DNA from: Tepidisphaeraceae bacterium
GTDB taxonomy: Bacteria; Planctomycetota; Phycisphaerae; Tepidisphaerales; Tepidisphaeraceae
Assembly (NCBI GenBank): GCA_050012375.1
Contig: JBEKHH010000012.1
Coordinates: forward strand, 27,881 to 91,880
Direction of reading: 5' to 3'
Length of the DNA stretch: 64,000 nucleotides
In this document: positions 37,005 to 48,189 of the stretch, in pieces
Layout of the letters: the number at the start of each line of letters is the position of its first letter
Position numbering within the stretch: the stretch's first letter is position 1
Position numbers and translations under genes: made by a program
The notes under the pieces: model-generated
Database searches by the model: none
Seen by the model: the letters and a program-made list of their open reading frames with translations, nothing else
Told to the model about the DNA's origin: nothing

Positions 37005-39383
37005 ATGCAAGGCTCGTTGAAAACAAACACGACGCTGTCAACGCGGCCGATTGAGCCTGTCGTCCGGTGCCGTTGGAACATCGCGGGTCGCGTGCAGGGC
37101 GTGGGCTTCCGTCCGTTTGTTTACCGCCTGGCCACACGAAAGAGGATTTGCGGTTCGGTGTGGAACGACGCCGCCGGCGTTGTTGTCGAAGCACAAGGAA
37201 CGAAACGGCGGCTCGACGAATTTGTCGCCGCACTGCGATCCGATGCGCCGGCCGCCGCGGTGGTGAGAGAAATCATCGAGCAAGAGATCGCCCCACGCCC
37301 CACTGAGCGGCGATTTGAAATCCGGCATTCTCCTGGCGCGACAACACCTACGGCCGAAGTCACCGCCGATCTGGCGATATGTGACGCCTGTCTGGCGGAG
37401 ATCCGCGATCCGGCCAATGCCAGACGCTATCGATATGCTTTGACCAACTGCACCAACTGCGGACCGCGTTTCAGCATCATTCGCTCGATCCCCTACGACC
37501 GGCCGCACACCACCATGGCGCCCTTTGCCATGTGCCGGCCGTGCCGCGTCGAATATGAGGATCCCGCCGACCGGCGCTTCCACGCTCAGCCAACAGCCTG
37601 TCGCGATTGTGGGCCCCAGTTGGAACTCCTCGATCCAAAAGGATCGTCCATTGTTGGTGATCCTATTGAAGGCGCTGTGCAGCGGCTGGCCGATGGCAAG
37701 ATCGTGGCGATCAAGGGAATCGGTGGGTTTCACTTGGCCGTGCGTGCCGACGACCAAGCCGCCGTTTTGCGTCTTCGCGAGCTGAAACACCGGCCCGCCA
37801 AACCGTTCGCGCTGATGTGCCCGTCGCTGCAAGCGGCCCGACGGCTGGTCAGGCTGACTCCACAAGGCGCTGAACTCATCGCATCACCCGCGGCGCCGAT
37901 CATATTGGCGCGTCGCGTTGCCCAAGCCAACATCGCCGACGCCGTCGCGCCGGGGAATCATCGCCTTGGCGTCATGCTCGCTTATACGCCACTGCATCAT
38001 TTGATTTTTGATGAAGCGCGTAAGTTCGGCATGGAAGCGCTGGTCATGACCAGTGGCAATGACCTGGATGAACCGCTGGCGTTCGATGACGTCGATGCCA
38101 TCGGCCGGCTTGGCGACCTATCCGACGCGATCCTGCGACACAATCGCCCGATTCAGCGGGCGGTCGATGATTCGGTGCTCATCGACGGCGCGTCCGCTGC
38201 CATCTTCGTGCGCCGCGCGCGCGGCTATGTGCCGGAGCCGATCGTTCTTCCCGAGGCGTGCCAGGCGCCACCCGGATGGGCCCTCGGCGCTGAACTCAAA
38301 TGCACCGTGGCCACCTACCGCGACCGCCATGTGATTCTCAGCCAGCATTTAGGGAATCTGACCCAATCCCGCACTTTCGAAGCGTTCAAGCGGGCGATTT
38401 CCGACTTGTCTGAGTTGTTTGGCATCGCGCCCCAGTGGATCGCGCATGACCTTCACCCCGGCTATCTCAGCACCCAATACGCTCGCCATCTCGCGGCCCA
38501 ACAGGGCCTGCCGCTGATCGCCGTGCAACACCATCATGCGCATGCCGCCGCCGTTCTCGCAGAGCATGGATTAGCCGGGCCGGCCCTGGCCGTTGTCTGC
38601 GACGGCACGGGCTACGGAACCGACGGAAGCATCTGGGGCGGCGAATTGCTTGCGGTGGAGCTGACCGATTTCCGACGCCTCGGACGCCTGCGGCCCATGC
38701 CGCTGCCCGGCGGTGACGCTGCTGCCAAGCAGCCCTGGCGCAGCGCGTTGGCGCTTCTCTTCATCGCCCATGGACAGGACTTCGCGGAATTACCGATCTG
38801 CCGTCAACTGGCTCCCCATGCTCAAGTCCAGTTTGTCCGCCAGATGCTTCTCAATGGAACCTTTTGCATCCAGAGCAGCTCGACAGGCCGCACCTTCGAT
38901 GCCGTCGCAGCGATCCTGGGTTTGTGCCGCGAGAATCGGTTCGACGCGGAGGCGCCGGCCGCGCTGGAGGCCGCCGCGGCTCAGTGCAAACACTTATCGC
39001 ACAATTTGGAGGACGCCTACCAGCTCGGTGAGGCCGAGGGATTGATCGAGATCGATCTGTCGCCCCTGGTACGGAAGATCGTGCGGCGGACGCAACAGGG
39101 CGCGGCGGCCGATGATTTGGCAATGTTGTTCCATGAAGCGTTGGCGGCGGCGTGGGAAGCGGCGGTGGCCAAGGCGGCGCAAACATCGGGGCTCAAGACC
39201 GTCGCCCTCAGCGGTGGAGTGTTCTGCAACGAATTGTTTGGCGATCTGCTTGAGACGCGCCTCCAGCGCCGCGGCCTGCGCGTGCTGCGGCACCGGCGGA
39301 TTCCACCGAATGACGGTGGAATCGCCTTGGGCCAGGCGGCAGTGGCGGCCGCTCGCCTCAACAAAGGACTCTGTAAACCATGA
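37005..39383 (+). CDS. hypF: [NiFe] hydrogenase maturation carbamoyltransferase
   Basis: Acylphosphatase GRVQGVGFRPFVY. Two zinc-finger pairs: CDACLAEI..CTNCGPRFS and CRPCRVEY..CRDCGPQ. VQHHHAH motif. Confidence 0.95.
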   Translation: MQGSLKTNTTLSTRPIEPVVRCRWNIAGRVQGVGFRPFVYRLATRKRICGSVWNDAAGVVVEAQGTKRRLDEFVAALRSDAPAAAVVREIIEQEIAPRPTERRFEIRHSPGATTPTAEVTADLAICDACLAEIRDPANARRYRYALTNCTNCGPRFSIIRSIPYDRPHTTMAPFAMCRPCRVEYEDPADRRFHAQPTACRDCGPQLELLDPKGSSIVGDPIEGAVQRLADGKIVAIKGIGGFHLAVRADDQAAVLRLRELKHRPAKPFALMCPSLQAARRLVRLTPQGAELIASPAAPIILARRVAQANIADAVAPGNHRLGVMLAYTPLHHLIFDEARKFGMEALVMTSGNDLDEPLAFDDVDAIGRLGDLSDAILRHNRPIQRAVDDSVLIDGASAAIFVRRARGYVPEPIVLPEACQAPPGWALGAELKCTVATYRDRHVILSQHLGNLTQSRTFEAFKRAISDLSELFGIAPQWIAHDLHPGYLSTQYARHLAAQQGLPLIAVQHHHAHAAAVLAEHGLAGPALAVVCDGTGYGTDGSIWGGELLAVELTDFRRLGRLRPMPLPGGDAAAKQPWRSALALLFIAHGQDFAELPICRQLAPHAQVQFVRQMLLNGTFCIQSSSTGRTFDAVAAILGLCRENRFDAEAPAALEAAAAQCKHLSHNLEDAYQLGEAEGLIEIDLSPLVRKIVRRTQQGAAADDLAMLFHEALAAAWEAAVAKAAQTSGLKTVALSGGVFCNELFGDLLETRLQRRGLRVLRHRRIPPNDGGIALGQAAVAAARLNKGLCKP

Positions 39384-39390
39384 GGTGAGT

Positions 39391-39618
39391 ATGTGTTTAG
39401 CAGTACCGGCTCGGTTGATCGATTGTCGCGGAACCAAGGCGACGGCCGATCTGCATGGCAACCGCGTGGAAATCAGCACGGTGCTCATCCCGCCTTGCAA
39501 ACCAGGCGATTGGGTGTTGCTTCATGCCGGCTTCGCCATCCAGACATTGGACGAACAGGAAGCGCAGGAAACGTGGGCGATCATCAAGGACCTGCCAAAG
39601 ACCGGAGGCAAGCCATGA
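39391..39618 (+). CDS. hypC: hydrogenase assembly chaperone
   Basis: 75 aa with the invariant MCLAVP N-terminus. Confidence 0.9.
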   Translation: MCLAVPARLIDCRGTKATADLHGNRVEISTVLIPPCKPGDWVLLHAGFAIQTLDEQEAQETWAIIKDLPKTGGKP

Positions 39619-40742
39619 GCACCGTCATCCTCCCACGTGCCGAAGCCCAGACCAAGGAGTCGCTACGCCGGCTCAGGGTTGCTGCGAAAGCGCTGTCCCG
39701 TCCCGTGAAATTCATGGAGGTCTGCGGCACTCATACGATGAGCGCGTTCCGCTGCGGCCTGCACAGCCTGATGCCGCGCAACGTGACTTTGCTAAGCGGG
39801 CCGGGCTGCCCGGTATGCGTGACCTCGCAGGGAGACATCGATCAACTGATCGAACTGGCCAGGGATCGAGCCGTAACGCTTTGCACCTACGGCGACATGC
39901 TGCGCGTCGTCGGGTCGGAGGGAAGCCTGGAACAATGCCGTGCCGAAGGCGCCGATGTTCGCGTGGTCTACTCGTCGCTGGATGCGGTGAAGCTGGCCGC
40001 CGAAAACCCGCGCCGGGAAGTCGTCTTTGCCGCCGTCGGATTTGAAACGACGACGCCCGCGTCGGCAGCGGCTGTGATCGAAGCGAACCGCCTGGGCTTG
40101 GAGAATTTCTCGATTCTCTCCACCCATAAGCTCATCATTCCCGCCATGCGGGCATTGCTCGAAAGCGGCGACGTGCAGGTCGATGGCTTCCTATGTCCCG
40201 GACACGTCGCGGTCATCATCGGCGCGGCGGTTTTTGAGCCCATTGTCCAGGAATATCACCGTCCCTGCGTCATCGCCGGCTTCGAAGGCCCGCAGATCGC
40301 GGCGGCCCTGGCGCGTCTCACCGAACTGGTCGTCGAAGGTCGGGCGGCCCTTGAGAACCTCTACTCCCAAGCCGTCACCGAAGAAGGCAACCGCGCCGCG
40401 CAAGCCATCATTGAAGAGGTTTTCATGCCCGCTGATTGGCAGTGGCGCGGCTTAGGCAAACTTAAATGCAGCGGCCTGGCATTGCGATTCGCCTATGCCA
40501 GATACGATGCTCGCACACGTTTCGCACTCGGAGCGCCGACGGGAAGAGAAACACCCGGCTGCCGTTGCGGCGATGTTATTACGGGGCGCGCAACTCCCAT
40601 CGACTGCAAACTATTCGCAACTGCCTGCACGCCTGTCCGGGCGCTGGGCCCTTGCATGGTTAGTTCCGAGGGCACGTGTCAGGCATGGTTCAAATATCAC
40701 CACCTCAGGACTCCAAAGAAAGTTCGGGCAGGGTCACTATGA
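39615..40742 (+). CDS. hypD: hydrogenase maturation Fe-S protein
   Basis: ATGA overlap with hypC. Motifs GPGCPVCV and CPGHV. Confidence 0.9.
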   Translation: MSTVILPRAEAQTKESLRRLRVAAKALSRPVKFMEVCGTHTMSAFRCGLHSLMPRNVTLLSGPGCPVCVTSQGDIDQLIELARDRAVTLCTYGDMLRVVGSEGSLEQCRAEGADVRVVYSSLDAVKLAAENPRREVVFAAVGFETTTPASAAAVIEANRLGLENFSILSTHKLIIPAMRALLESGDVQVDGFLCPGHVAVIIGAAVFEPIVQEYHRPCVIAGFEGPQIAAALARLTELVVEGRAALENLYSQAVTEEGNRAAQAIIEEVFMPADWQWRGLGKLKCSGLALRFAYARYDARTRFALGAPTGRETPGCRCGDVITGRATPIDCKLFATACTPVRALGPCMVSSEGTCQAWFKYHHLRTPKKVRAGSL

Positions 40743-41782
40743 ACGCAAACACCCTTATCGCATCGGGTATGACCCAAGCCCTCGGCCAGCGCATCAGTCT
40801 GGCGCACGGCGGCGGCGGGCAATTGACCGACGACCTGCTTGCGTCCTGCGTGCTGCCTCGCCTGGCCAACCGCGCGCTAAATGAACTGCTCGATTCGGCG
40901 CTGCTGCCGGGCGCGGACCGGCTGGCGTTCACGATCGACAGCTATGTTGTCCAACCGCTGAAATTTCCCGGCGGTGATATCGGCCGGCTCGCTGTCAGTG
41001 GCACCGTGAACGATTTGGCCGTCTGCGGCGCTAGGCCCCTGGGAATCGCGCTCAGCCTGATTCTAACAGAGGGCCTTGAACGGCGAATGCTCGAAGACGT
41101 TCTCGATTCTATTTCGGCGACGGCGACAGAGGCGAAGGTATGCATTGTCACCGGCGACACCAAGGTCGTGGGCCGCGGCCAAGGCGACGGCATCTACATC
41201 ACCACCGCCGGCGTGGGCGCGGCCGGCACGCGCAGGCTTCATCCCGACGCCGTGCGCGCGGGCGACGTGCTGATCGTCAGCGGCACGATCGCGGACCACG
41301 GCATGGCCGTGATGCTCGCCCGCGAGATGCCGCAAGTGCAAAGCGTTCTCAAAAGTGACGTGGCCCCCCTGAATCACATGGTTGAACGACTGTTGGAGCA
41401 GGTTCCCGGCGTCGCTTTCCTGCGTGACCCGACGCGCGGCGGCTTGGCTGGTGTAGCAGCTGACCTGGCGGCGCGCACGGGACTACATGTGACGCTCCAT
41501 GAAGGGGATATTCCCATCCGTTCGGAAACATGGCACGCCGCGGACATGCTCGGCATTGACCCGCTGGACGTTGCCAACGAAGGCAAGATTGTCGCTGTCG
41601 TGCGCCCGGACGCCGTCGCCGCTGCGCTAGCCGCCCTGCGCGAGGACGAACACGGCAAGGAGGCGCACGTGATTGGCGCCGTGGGTGAACAAGACGACGG
41701 CGTATGCGAGCTGCGCACGACCATCGGTGGAAGCCGGATTCTGCAAAAGCCCTATGGAGAACAACTACCGCGGATTTGTTAA
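40739..41782 (+). CDS. hypE: hydrogenase maturation carbamoyl dehydratase
   Basis: ATGA overlap with hypD. AIR-synthase-like fold and a C-terminal PRIC. Confidence 0.9.
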   Translation: MNANTLIASGMTQALGQRISLAHGGGGQLTDDLLASCVLPRLANRALNELLDSALLPGADRLAFTIDSYVVQPLKFPGGDIGRLAVSGTVNDLAVCGARPLGIALSLILTEGLERRMLEDVLDSISATATEAKVCIVTGDTKVVGRGQGDGIYITTAGVGAAGTRRLHPDAVRAGDVLIVSGTIADHGMAVMLAREMPQVQSVLKSDVAPLNHMVERLLEQVPGVAFLRDPTRGGLAGVAADLAARTGLHVTLHEGDIPIRSETWHAADMLGIDPLDVANEGKIVAVVRPDAVAAALAALREDEHGKEAHVIGAVGEQDDGVCELRTTIGGSRILQKPYGEQLPRIC

Positions 41783-41807
41783 CCGCAAGAAAGTGAGCGA
41801 TGCAACC

Positions 41808-42317
41808 ATGATCGCTGCCCCGAAGCAACAGACGGCAATGCCTTCAGCTGACAAGCGATGGCGGATTGTTGATGCCACGATGCGTCGTCACGGATACGTC
41901 GGCAACTCACTCATCGAAACTCTGCACACCGCGCAGGAATCGTTCGGATACTTGGACGAGCCGGCGCTGCGCTTCGTCGCGGGATCGCTCAACCTCCCGC
42001 TCAGCAAGGTGTACGGAGTCGCAACGTTCTATCACCATTTCATGCTGAAGCCGCAAGGCAGACACACGTGCGTCGTGTGTCTGGGCACGGCTTGCTACAT
42101 CAAGGGCGCGGCGCGGCTATTGGAGTCGCTGGAGGCGAAATATGGCGTCACGGACGGACAAACGACGCGCGATGGAAATCTCTCGGTGTTGACGGCGCGG
42201 TGCCTCGGATCGTGCGGGCTGGCGCCGGCCGCGGTGTTGGACGGGGCGGTGATGGGCAAGCTCGGCGCCGCTGACCTCCTGGACCGTCTTGAAAAGCAGG
42301 TGAGCCATGACCGTTGA
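41808..42317 (+). CDS. hoxE: bidirectional hydrogenase diaphorase subunit, NuoE-like [2Fe-2S]
   Basis: Cys pattern CVVCLGTAC...CLGSCGLAP. The start may instead be ATG 41838. Confidence 0.85.
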   Translation: MIAAPKQQTAMPSADKRWRIVDATMRRHGYVGNSLIETLHTAQESFGYLDEPALRFVAGSLNLPLSKVYGVATFYHHFMLKPQGRHTCVVCLGTACYIKGAARLLESLEAKYGVTDGQTTRDGNLSVLTARCLGSCGLAPAAVLDGAVMGKLGAADLLDRLEKQVSHDR

Positions 42318-43959
42318 CGAACTGGAACAAATCGCGGAAACCGAAAAGGAATCGCGCCAACGATGCCCGCACCATCTGCACGTCTGTGTCGCGGCGGGAT
42401 GTCTTTCCTCGCAGAGTGACCAGGTGAAGCAAGCGCTGGAAGCTCAGGTCAAGACCGCCGGCCTGGAGGGGCAATGCCGTGTAAAGGGCGTCGGTTGCAT
42501 GGGGCTTTGCGCCGCCGGACCGCTGGTGTCGCTGCCCTCTAAAAACGTCATGTACAAGGGTGTAATTCCGGAAGATGCCCCGGACATCATCCAGGGTCTG
42601 CAAGCCGACCAGCCGGTCGAGCGATTGCTCTGCCCGACGGACGTGCCGTTCTTCGCGCGGCAAAAGAGGATCGTCCTGGAAAACTCCGGGACGATCGATC
42701 CGGAGCGAATCGAGGAATACATTGCCGCCGACGGTTATGTCGCACTGCACAAGGCACTGACCACGATGACCCGGCCGGAGACAATCGAACGCGTTTCACG
42801 CAGCGGTTTGCGCGGGCGAGGGGGAGCAGGCTATCCCACCGGGCTGAAATGGAGCATGGTCGCCAAGTCAAACGCGCCGACCAAATATGTGATCTGCAAC
42901 GCCGACGAGGGAGACCCCGGGGCTTTCATGGATCGGAGCGTCCTGGAAAGCGATCCGCACCGCGTGCTGGAGGGAATGGCTATCGCCGCGTATGCGGTCG
43001 GGGCTACCCAGGGATACATCTATGTGCGGTCCGAATACCCCTTGGCGGTCCAGCGCCTGAAGACCGCCATCCGCCAGGCCGACCGCCAAGGCCTGCTCGG
43101 CGCCAACATTTTCGGCACACCGCTCAGCTTCAAGATCGACATCCGCCTCGGCGCCGGAGCGTTCGTTTGCGGGGAGGAAACGGCGCTGATTGCGAGCATC
43201 GCCGGCCAGCGCGGCCAACCCCGGCCCCGTCCGCCGTTTCCGGCCGAGTCCGGCCTCTGGGGCGCCCCCACCCTCATCAACAACGTCGAAACTTTCGCCA
43301 ACATCGCCCCCATCATCCGCAACGGGGGCGATTGGTACGCCTCCATCGGCACCGAAAAGAGCAAGGGAACCAAGACCTTCGCCCTGGCCGGGAAGGTGAA
43401 CAACACCGGCCTGATCGAAGTGCCCATGGGAATTTCGCTGAGGGAAATCATTTACGAAATCGGTGGAGGTATCCCGGATGGAAAGAAGTTCAAGGCCGTG
43501 CAGACCGGCGGTCCGTCCGGCGGCTGCATCCCGGAACAGTTCCTGGATATGCCGGTCGATTACGACTCCCTGGCGAAGGTCGGCTCCATCATGGGCTCCG
43601 GCGGAATGATCATCATGGACGAAGCGTCGAGTATGGTGGACGTGGCCCGCTTCTTCATGGAATTCTGCATGACCGAGTCGTGCGGAAAATGCGTGCCCTG
43701 CCGAGTCGGAACAGTGCACATGCACGACCTCCTGAAGAAGATCATTGATCGCAAGGCCACGGCGCGCGATCTGGCGCTCTTGGAAGAGCTTTGCGACATG
43801 GTGAAAAGCACGAGCCTGTGCGGGCTGGGCCAGACCTCGCCCAACCCCGTGCTCAGCACGCTTCGCTATTTCCACAACGAATACGACGAATTGTTGATTG
43901 CCGACGAAAGCGACGAACCGGCCGGCGCCGACGCCGCCGTGAAGGAGACCGTGTCATGA
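42307..43959 (+). CDS. hoxF: bidirectional hydrogenase diaphorase subunit, NuoF-like NAD(P)/FMN-binding
   Basis: N-terminal thioredoxin-like 2Fe-2S Cys residues, [10 protein letters not shown], and [10 protein letters not shown]. Confidence 0.9.
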   Translation: MTVDELEQIAETEKESRQRCPHHLHVCVAAGCLSSQSDQVKQALEAQVKTAGLEGQCRVKGVGCMGLCAAGPLVSLPSKNVMYKGVIPEDAPDIIQGLQADQPVERLLCPTDVPFFARQKRIVLENSGTIDPERIEEYIAADGYVALHKALTTMTRPETIERVSRSGLRGRGGAGYPTGLKWSMVAKSNAPTKYVICNADEGDPGAFMDRSVLESDPHRVLEGMAIAAYAVGATQGYIYVRSEYPLAVQRLKTAIRQADRQGLLGANIFGTPLSFKIDIRLGAGAFVCGEETALIASIAGQRGQPRPRPPFPAESGLWGAPTLINNVETFANIAPIIRNGGDWYASIGTEKSKGTKTFALAGKVNNTGLIEVPMGISLREIIYEIGGGIPDGKKFKAVQTGGPSGGCIPEQFLDMPVDYDSLAKVGSIMGSGGMIIMDEASSMVDVARFFMEFCMTESCGKCVPCRVGTVHMHDLLKKIIDRKATARDLALLEELCDMVKSTSLCGLGQTSPNPVLSTLRYFHNEYDELLIADESDEPAGADAAVKETVS

Positions 43960-44675
43960 ATGCCGCGACCCCTGTGGTGACCTTGAAGATCGACGGCAAG
44001 GACGTGAGCGGCCGCACGGACGAAACAATTCTCGACGTCTGCTCGGAAAACAAGATTCGCATTCCCACGCTTTGTTTTCACGAAGGCCTTTCCGGCTGGG
44101 GGGCTTGCCGCCTTTGCCTCGTCGAGGTCAAGGGGACGAACAGGCTCCTTCCGGCTTGCGTGACCCGCGTCGCCGAGGGCATGGACGTGACGACCAACTC
44201 CGAACGACTCCACAAGTACCGGCGCATGGTCGTACAGTTGCTCTTTTCCGAGCGAAACCACGTATGCTCGGTTTGCGTATCCAACGGCCACTGCGAACTC
44301 CAGGCTTTGGCCAAGGCGCTGGAGATTACGCACATCGATATTCCGTATCGTTATCCAAAGCTCCCGTTCGACGCCTCCCACGATCTGTTCCGGCTCGACC
44401 ACAATCGCTGCATACTTTGCACCCGCTGCGTGCGCGTCTGCGATGAGATCGAAGGCGCTCACACTTGGGACGTGATGGGTCGCGGCGTCGAGTCGCGCGT
44501 CATCATTGACCTGAACCAGCCGTGGGGCGATTCGGAGACGTGCACGGGCTGCGGAAAGTGCGTGCGAATCTGTCCCACCGGCGCTTTGACTCGCAAGGGC
44601 ACGGGCGTCGCCGAAATGGAGAAGGACGATGGATTCCTGCGCTATCTGACCAAGATGCGAGAGAATCAGCCATGA
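43956..44675 (+). CDS. hoxU: bidirectional hydrogenase diaphorase subunit, NuoG-N-terminal-like Fe-S
   Basis: ATGA overlap with hoxF. Cys motifs [17 protein letters not shown] and [12 protein letters not shown]. Confidence 0.9.
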   Translation: MNAATPVVTLKIDGKDVSGRTDETILDVCSENKIRIPTLCFHEGLSGWGACRLCLVEVKGTNRLLPACVTRVAEGMDVTTNSERLHKYRRMVVQLLFSERNHVCSVCVSNGHCELQALAKALEITHIDIPYRYPKLPFDASHDLFRLDHNRCILCTRCVRVCDEIEGAHTWDVMGRGVESRVIIDLNQPWGDSETCTGCGKCVRICPTGALTRKGTGVAEMEKDDGFLRYLTKMRENQP

Positions 44676-45232
44676 GCACACAACAGGATGAAAAACCCGC
44701 GGCCAAAGTTCGTTTGGCCACCGTATGGCTGGACGGTTGCTCCGGCTGCCACATGTCTTTCCTGGACATGGACCAGCGGCTTTTGGATTTGGCCCCTTTC
44801 ATCGAACTGGTGTACAGCCCACTGGTCGACCGCAAGGAATTTCCGCCAGACGTGGATGTGACGCTTGTCGAAGGCTCCGTCAGCACCGACGAAGACATCC
44901 CAAAAATCCGCATGATTCGCAAACGAACCAAGATATTGATTGCCCTGGGGGACTGTGCGGTGACCGGCAATGTGCCGGCCATGCGTAATCCGTTCGGCAC
45001 CGAAGCCGTATTCGATCGCGCCTACAACGAAAACGCCCAATTGCAGAAGCAGAGACCGACCCTCCATCTGCCGACGCTCCTGGAACGCGTCCGGCCGGTG
45101 CACGAGGTGGTGAGGGTGGACCTGTTCGTCCCCGGCTGCCCGCCGCCGGCCGATGTCATCCATTACCTGATCACTGAACTGCTCGCGGGGCGCACGCCCA
45201 ATGTCGGCGCCGTGACGCGCTTTGGCCGCTAG
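44672..45232 (+). CDS. hoxY: [NiFe] hydrogenase small subunit (short, group 3 type)
   Basis: ATGA overlap with hoxU. Motifs [15 protein letters not shown] and PGCPP. No Tat signal. Confidence 0.9.
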   Translation: MSTQQDEKPAAKVRLATVWLDGCSGCHMSFLDMDQRLLDLAPFIELVYSPLVDRKEFPPDVDVTLVEGSVSTDEDIPKIRMIRKRTKILIALGDCAVTGNVPAMRNPFGTEAVFDRAYNENAQLQKQRPTLHLPTLLERVRPVHEVVRVDLFVPGCPPPADVIHYLITELLAGRTPNVGAVTRFGR

Positions 45233-45245
45233 AAAGGTGACTGTG

Positions 45246-46670
45246 ATGCCTCGCGAAATCATGATTGATCCGGTGACGCGCATCGAAGGGCACGCGAAAA
45301 TCTCGCTGAAGTTGAATGACAGCGGCGACGTGGTCGATGCGATGTTCCACGTCACCCAGTTCCGCGGTTTTGAGACCCTTTGCGAAGGCCGGCCCCTCAC
45401 CGAGATGCCGTCGCTGATGGCGCGCACCTGCGGCATCTGCCCGGTGAGCCATCTCACCGCTTCCGCCAAGGCGTGCGATGCGCTGTTGTCGGTGAAAATC
45501 CCCGAAACAGCGGCGAACCTCCGCCGGCTCATGAACCTGGCCCAGTTGGTTCAGTCCCACGCGCTGAGCTTCTTCCATCTCTCCTCGCCCGATTTGCTCA
45601 TGGGGTTTGACGCCGATCCGGCAAAGCGCCATTTCTTTGGCGTCGCCCAGGAATACCCCCAACTTGCCCGCGACGGCATCCGCCTCCGGCAGATCGGCCA
45701 GACGGTCATCGAAATCCTCGGCGGCAAAAAGATTCACCCCGCCTGGGCGGTCCCCGGCGGCGTCAGCAAACCCTTGGATGCGCCGGACCGCGACAAAATG
45801 TTGGCCATGATGCCGGAGGCGCTGGAAATCGCCCAGCGCACGCTCCAGTGGTACAAGCGCGCCGTGGTCCCTTACGGCCAGGAGGCCCGCACCTTCGCCA
45901 ATTTCCCCACGCTTTTCTTGGGTCTGATCACCGAATCCGGCGGCCTTGAGCATTACGACGGCCTGCTGCGCGTCGTGGATTCAAAAGGCGAAATCTTGGT
46001 GGACAAATTCCCGCCGGAGCGCTACCAGGAATTGATCGCCGAAGCCGTCGAGCCGTTCAGCTTCATGAAGTTCCCCTATTTTAAGGAACTGGGTTATCCG
46101 CAGGGCGTCTACCGGGTCGGGCCCCTGGCGCGGCTCAATCTGGTCGATCATTGTGGAACGCCCGTCGCCGACCAGGAATGGGCGGAACTGCGCGAAATTC
46201 AGCGCGGCGCGGTGCTCAGCTCATTCCATTATCACCACGCCCGACTCGTCGAGATCATCTTCGGCATCGAAATGATGCAACGGATTTTGAACGATCCACA
46301 CATCCTGGACACGAAAGTGCGAGCCCGTGCCCGTCCGAACCAAGGCGAGGGCGTCGGCGTAGCCGAGGCGCCGCGCGGCACCTTAATTCACCATTATCGG
46401 ATCGACGACAACGGCCTGATGATCTGGGCCAATCTGATCATCGCCACCGGCCATAACAACCTGGCGATGAACCGGGGCATCCTTCAAGCCGCCCAGCATT
46501 TCATCTCCGGCGACAAGATTTCCGAAGGCGCGCTCAATCGCGTCGAGGCGGTCATCCGCTGCTACGATCCCTGTCTCTCCTGTGCGACTCACGCTCTCGG
46601 GAAAATGCCCCTCAAAATCGAGTTGGTGAATTCAACTGGCGAGGTGATCCATGCGATCCAGCGAAGCTGA
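45246..46670 (+). CDS. hoxH: [NiFe] hydrogenase large subunit
   Basis: Motifs [15 protein letters not shown], and C-terminal DPCLSCATH followed by a 25-aa cleavable extension. Confidence 0.95.
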   Translation: MPREIMIDPVTRIEGHAKISLKLNDSGDVVDAMFHVTQFRGFETLCEGRPLTEMPSLMARTCGICPVSHLTASAKACDALLSVKIPETAANLRRLMNLAQLVQSHALSFFHLSSPDLLMGFDADPAKRHFFGVAQEYPQLARDGIRLRQIGQTVIEILGGKKIHPAWAVPGGVSKPLDAPDRDKMLAMMPEALEIAQRTLQWYKRAVVPYGQEARTFANFPTLFLGLITESGGLEHYDGLLRVVDSKGEILVDKFPPERYQELIAEAVEPFSFMKFPYFKELGYPQGVYRVGPLARLNLVDHCGTPVADQEWAELREIQRGAVLSSFHYHHARLVEIIFGIEMMQRILNDPHILDTKVRARARPNQGEGVGVAEAPRGTLIHHYRIDDNGLMIWANLIIATGHNNLAMNRGILQAAQHFISGDKISEGALNRVEAVIRCYDPCLSCATHALGKMPLKIELVNSTGEVIHAIQRS

Positions 46671-47142
46671 CGCACCCGTTTTGGTGATCGGTTACGGCAA
46701 CGTGTTGCGCGGCGACGACGGCGCCGGCCCCGCTGCCGCCGAGGCGCTGCGCGATCAACTGCCGCAGCCCGTCGCCAAAATCCTGGCCGTCCCTCAGCTT
46801 CTGCCGGAATTGGTCGAGCCGCTCAGCCGTTCCAAGCTGGCCATTTTCATCGACGCGGATTGGAAAACCCCGGCGGGCCAGTTGCGCAAGAAGAAGCTGA
46901 CGCCGAGCCACGATGACGGCGGCGCAATGGGTCATCATCAGTCGCCGGAAAGTCTTCTGAGTATGGCCAGCGAAGTCTACGGGCACGCCCCGCCGGCCGT
47001 GCTGTTCAAAGTCGGCGGCGCGGATTTCGGGTTCCAGCAAGGCCTGTCCGGTCCGGTGCGCCACGCAATGCCGCAGTTGGTCAGAGAGGTGGTCGATGCC
47101 GTCATCAACGCCATCGAGAGCCAGGAGCGCCTTCATGCATGA
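46651..47142 (+). CDS. hoxW: hydrogenase large-subunit C-terminal endopeptidase
   Basis: VLVIGYGNVLRGDDGAG motif. Overlaps the hoxH 3' end by 20 nt. Confidence 0.85.
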   Translation: MRSSEADAPVLVIGYGNVLRGDDGAGPAAAEALRDQLPQPVAKILAVPQLLPELVEPLSRSKLAIFIDADWKTPAGQLRKKKLTPSHDDGGAMGHHQSPESLLSMASEVYGHAPPAVLFKVGGADFGFQQGLSGPVRHAMPQLVREVVDAVINAIESQERLHA

Positions 47143-47509
47143 ACTGTCGATCGCCGAGGCGATTTTGGACTTGGCTCGCCGCCACGTGCCTCACGGCGGC
47201 ACGTTGCGATCCGTGCACATGACCGCCGGCCCGATGCGCAGCATCGATCCGCAGTGCATGCAGCTGGCCTGGCAGGGCATCGGCCAATGCGACGTGGCTC
47301 TGAGGTTGAATGTACTTCCCTGGCGGATGCAATGCGCCGATTGCGGACGCCGGTGGGAGCAGCCGGAATTGGCCGAACGCTGCGCCTGCGGCTCGCCCCA
47401 GGTGCACCCCATTGGCGGCGACGAGTTGCAATTGGTCTCGATCGAAGTGGACGACGCCCAAGAAGCGAGGAGTTCATCATGTACGTGCAGGTTGTCGAAA
47501 ACGTCCTGA
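47135..47509 (+). CDS. hypA: hydrogenase nickel insertion protein
   Basis: MHE N-terminus. The zinc site reads CADCG-x12-CAC, i.e. CxC rather than the usual second CxxC. Confidence 0.85.
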   Translation: MHELSIAEAILDLARRHVPHGGTLRSVHMTAGPMRSIDPQCMQLAWQGIGQCDVALRLNVLPWRMQCADCGRRWEQPELAERCACGSPQVHPIGGDELQLVSIEVDDAQEARSSSCTCRLSKTS

Positions 47510-48189
47510 AACTCAATGACGAGATGGCCTCGCTGAATCGCCGCCGTTTGCGCCAGGCCGGTGTTTTCACGCTCGATCTGCTGGGCGCGCCGGGATGCGG
47601 CAAGACCGCCCTGATCGAGGCCACCTTGCAGCGTCTGCCCCTCAGCCTGCGGGTCGGCGTCATCGTTGGCGACTTGACCACTCAGCGCGACGCGGACCGC
47701 ATGGCCCGATTCACCAAACACGTCGTGCAGATCAACACGGGCAAGGGCTGCCACCTCGAAGCCCATCACGTCATGCAAGCCATGTCGCGCATGGATATCG
47801 AACATTTGGATCTGCTCTTCATCGAAAACGTGGGAAATCTGATTTGCCCGGTCGGTTTTGACTTGGGTCAGGACATGAAGGTCGGCATGTTCTGCACCAC
47901 CGGCGGCGACGACAAAGCGGCCAAGCATCCGTATATCGTCTGCGAATCATCGCTGCTGCTGCTTAACAAGACCGATCTCCTGCCCCACGTCCCGTTCAAT
48001 CTGGCTCAGTTTCATGCGGATATCCACCGACTCAATCCCGACGTCGAACTGATCGAACTGTCGGCCATCACCAGCGACGGGCTGGATGCCTGGATCGGTT
48101 GGCTTCACGAGCAGCGTCTGAAAATGAACTCTTTTCAGCCATCCCCCAAATCAACCCGAAAACCCTTTTCAAGGAGCTTGCAAATATGA
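47479..48189 (+). CDS. hypB: hydrogenase nickel-incorporation GTPase (canonical copy)
   Basis: Motifs GAPGCGKT, GKGCHLEAHH, ENVGNLICP, GGDDKAAKHP and NKTD. It lacks the N-terminal CxxCGC and His-rich segment. Confidence 0.9.
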   Translation: MYVQVVENVLKLNDEMASLNRRRLRQAGVFTLDLLGAPGCGKTALIEATLQRLPLSLRVGVIVGDLTTQRDADRMARFTKHVVQINTGKGCHLEAHHVMQAMSRMDIEHLDLLFIENVGNLICPVGFDLGQDMKVGMFCTTGGDDKAAKHPYIVCESSLLLLNKTDLLPHVPFNLAQFHADIHRLNPDVELIELSAITSDGLDAWIGWLHEQRLKMNSFQPSPKSTRKPFSRSLQI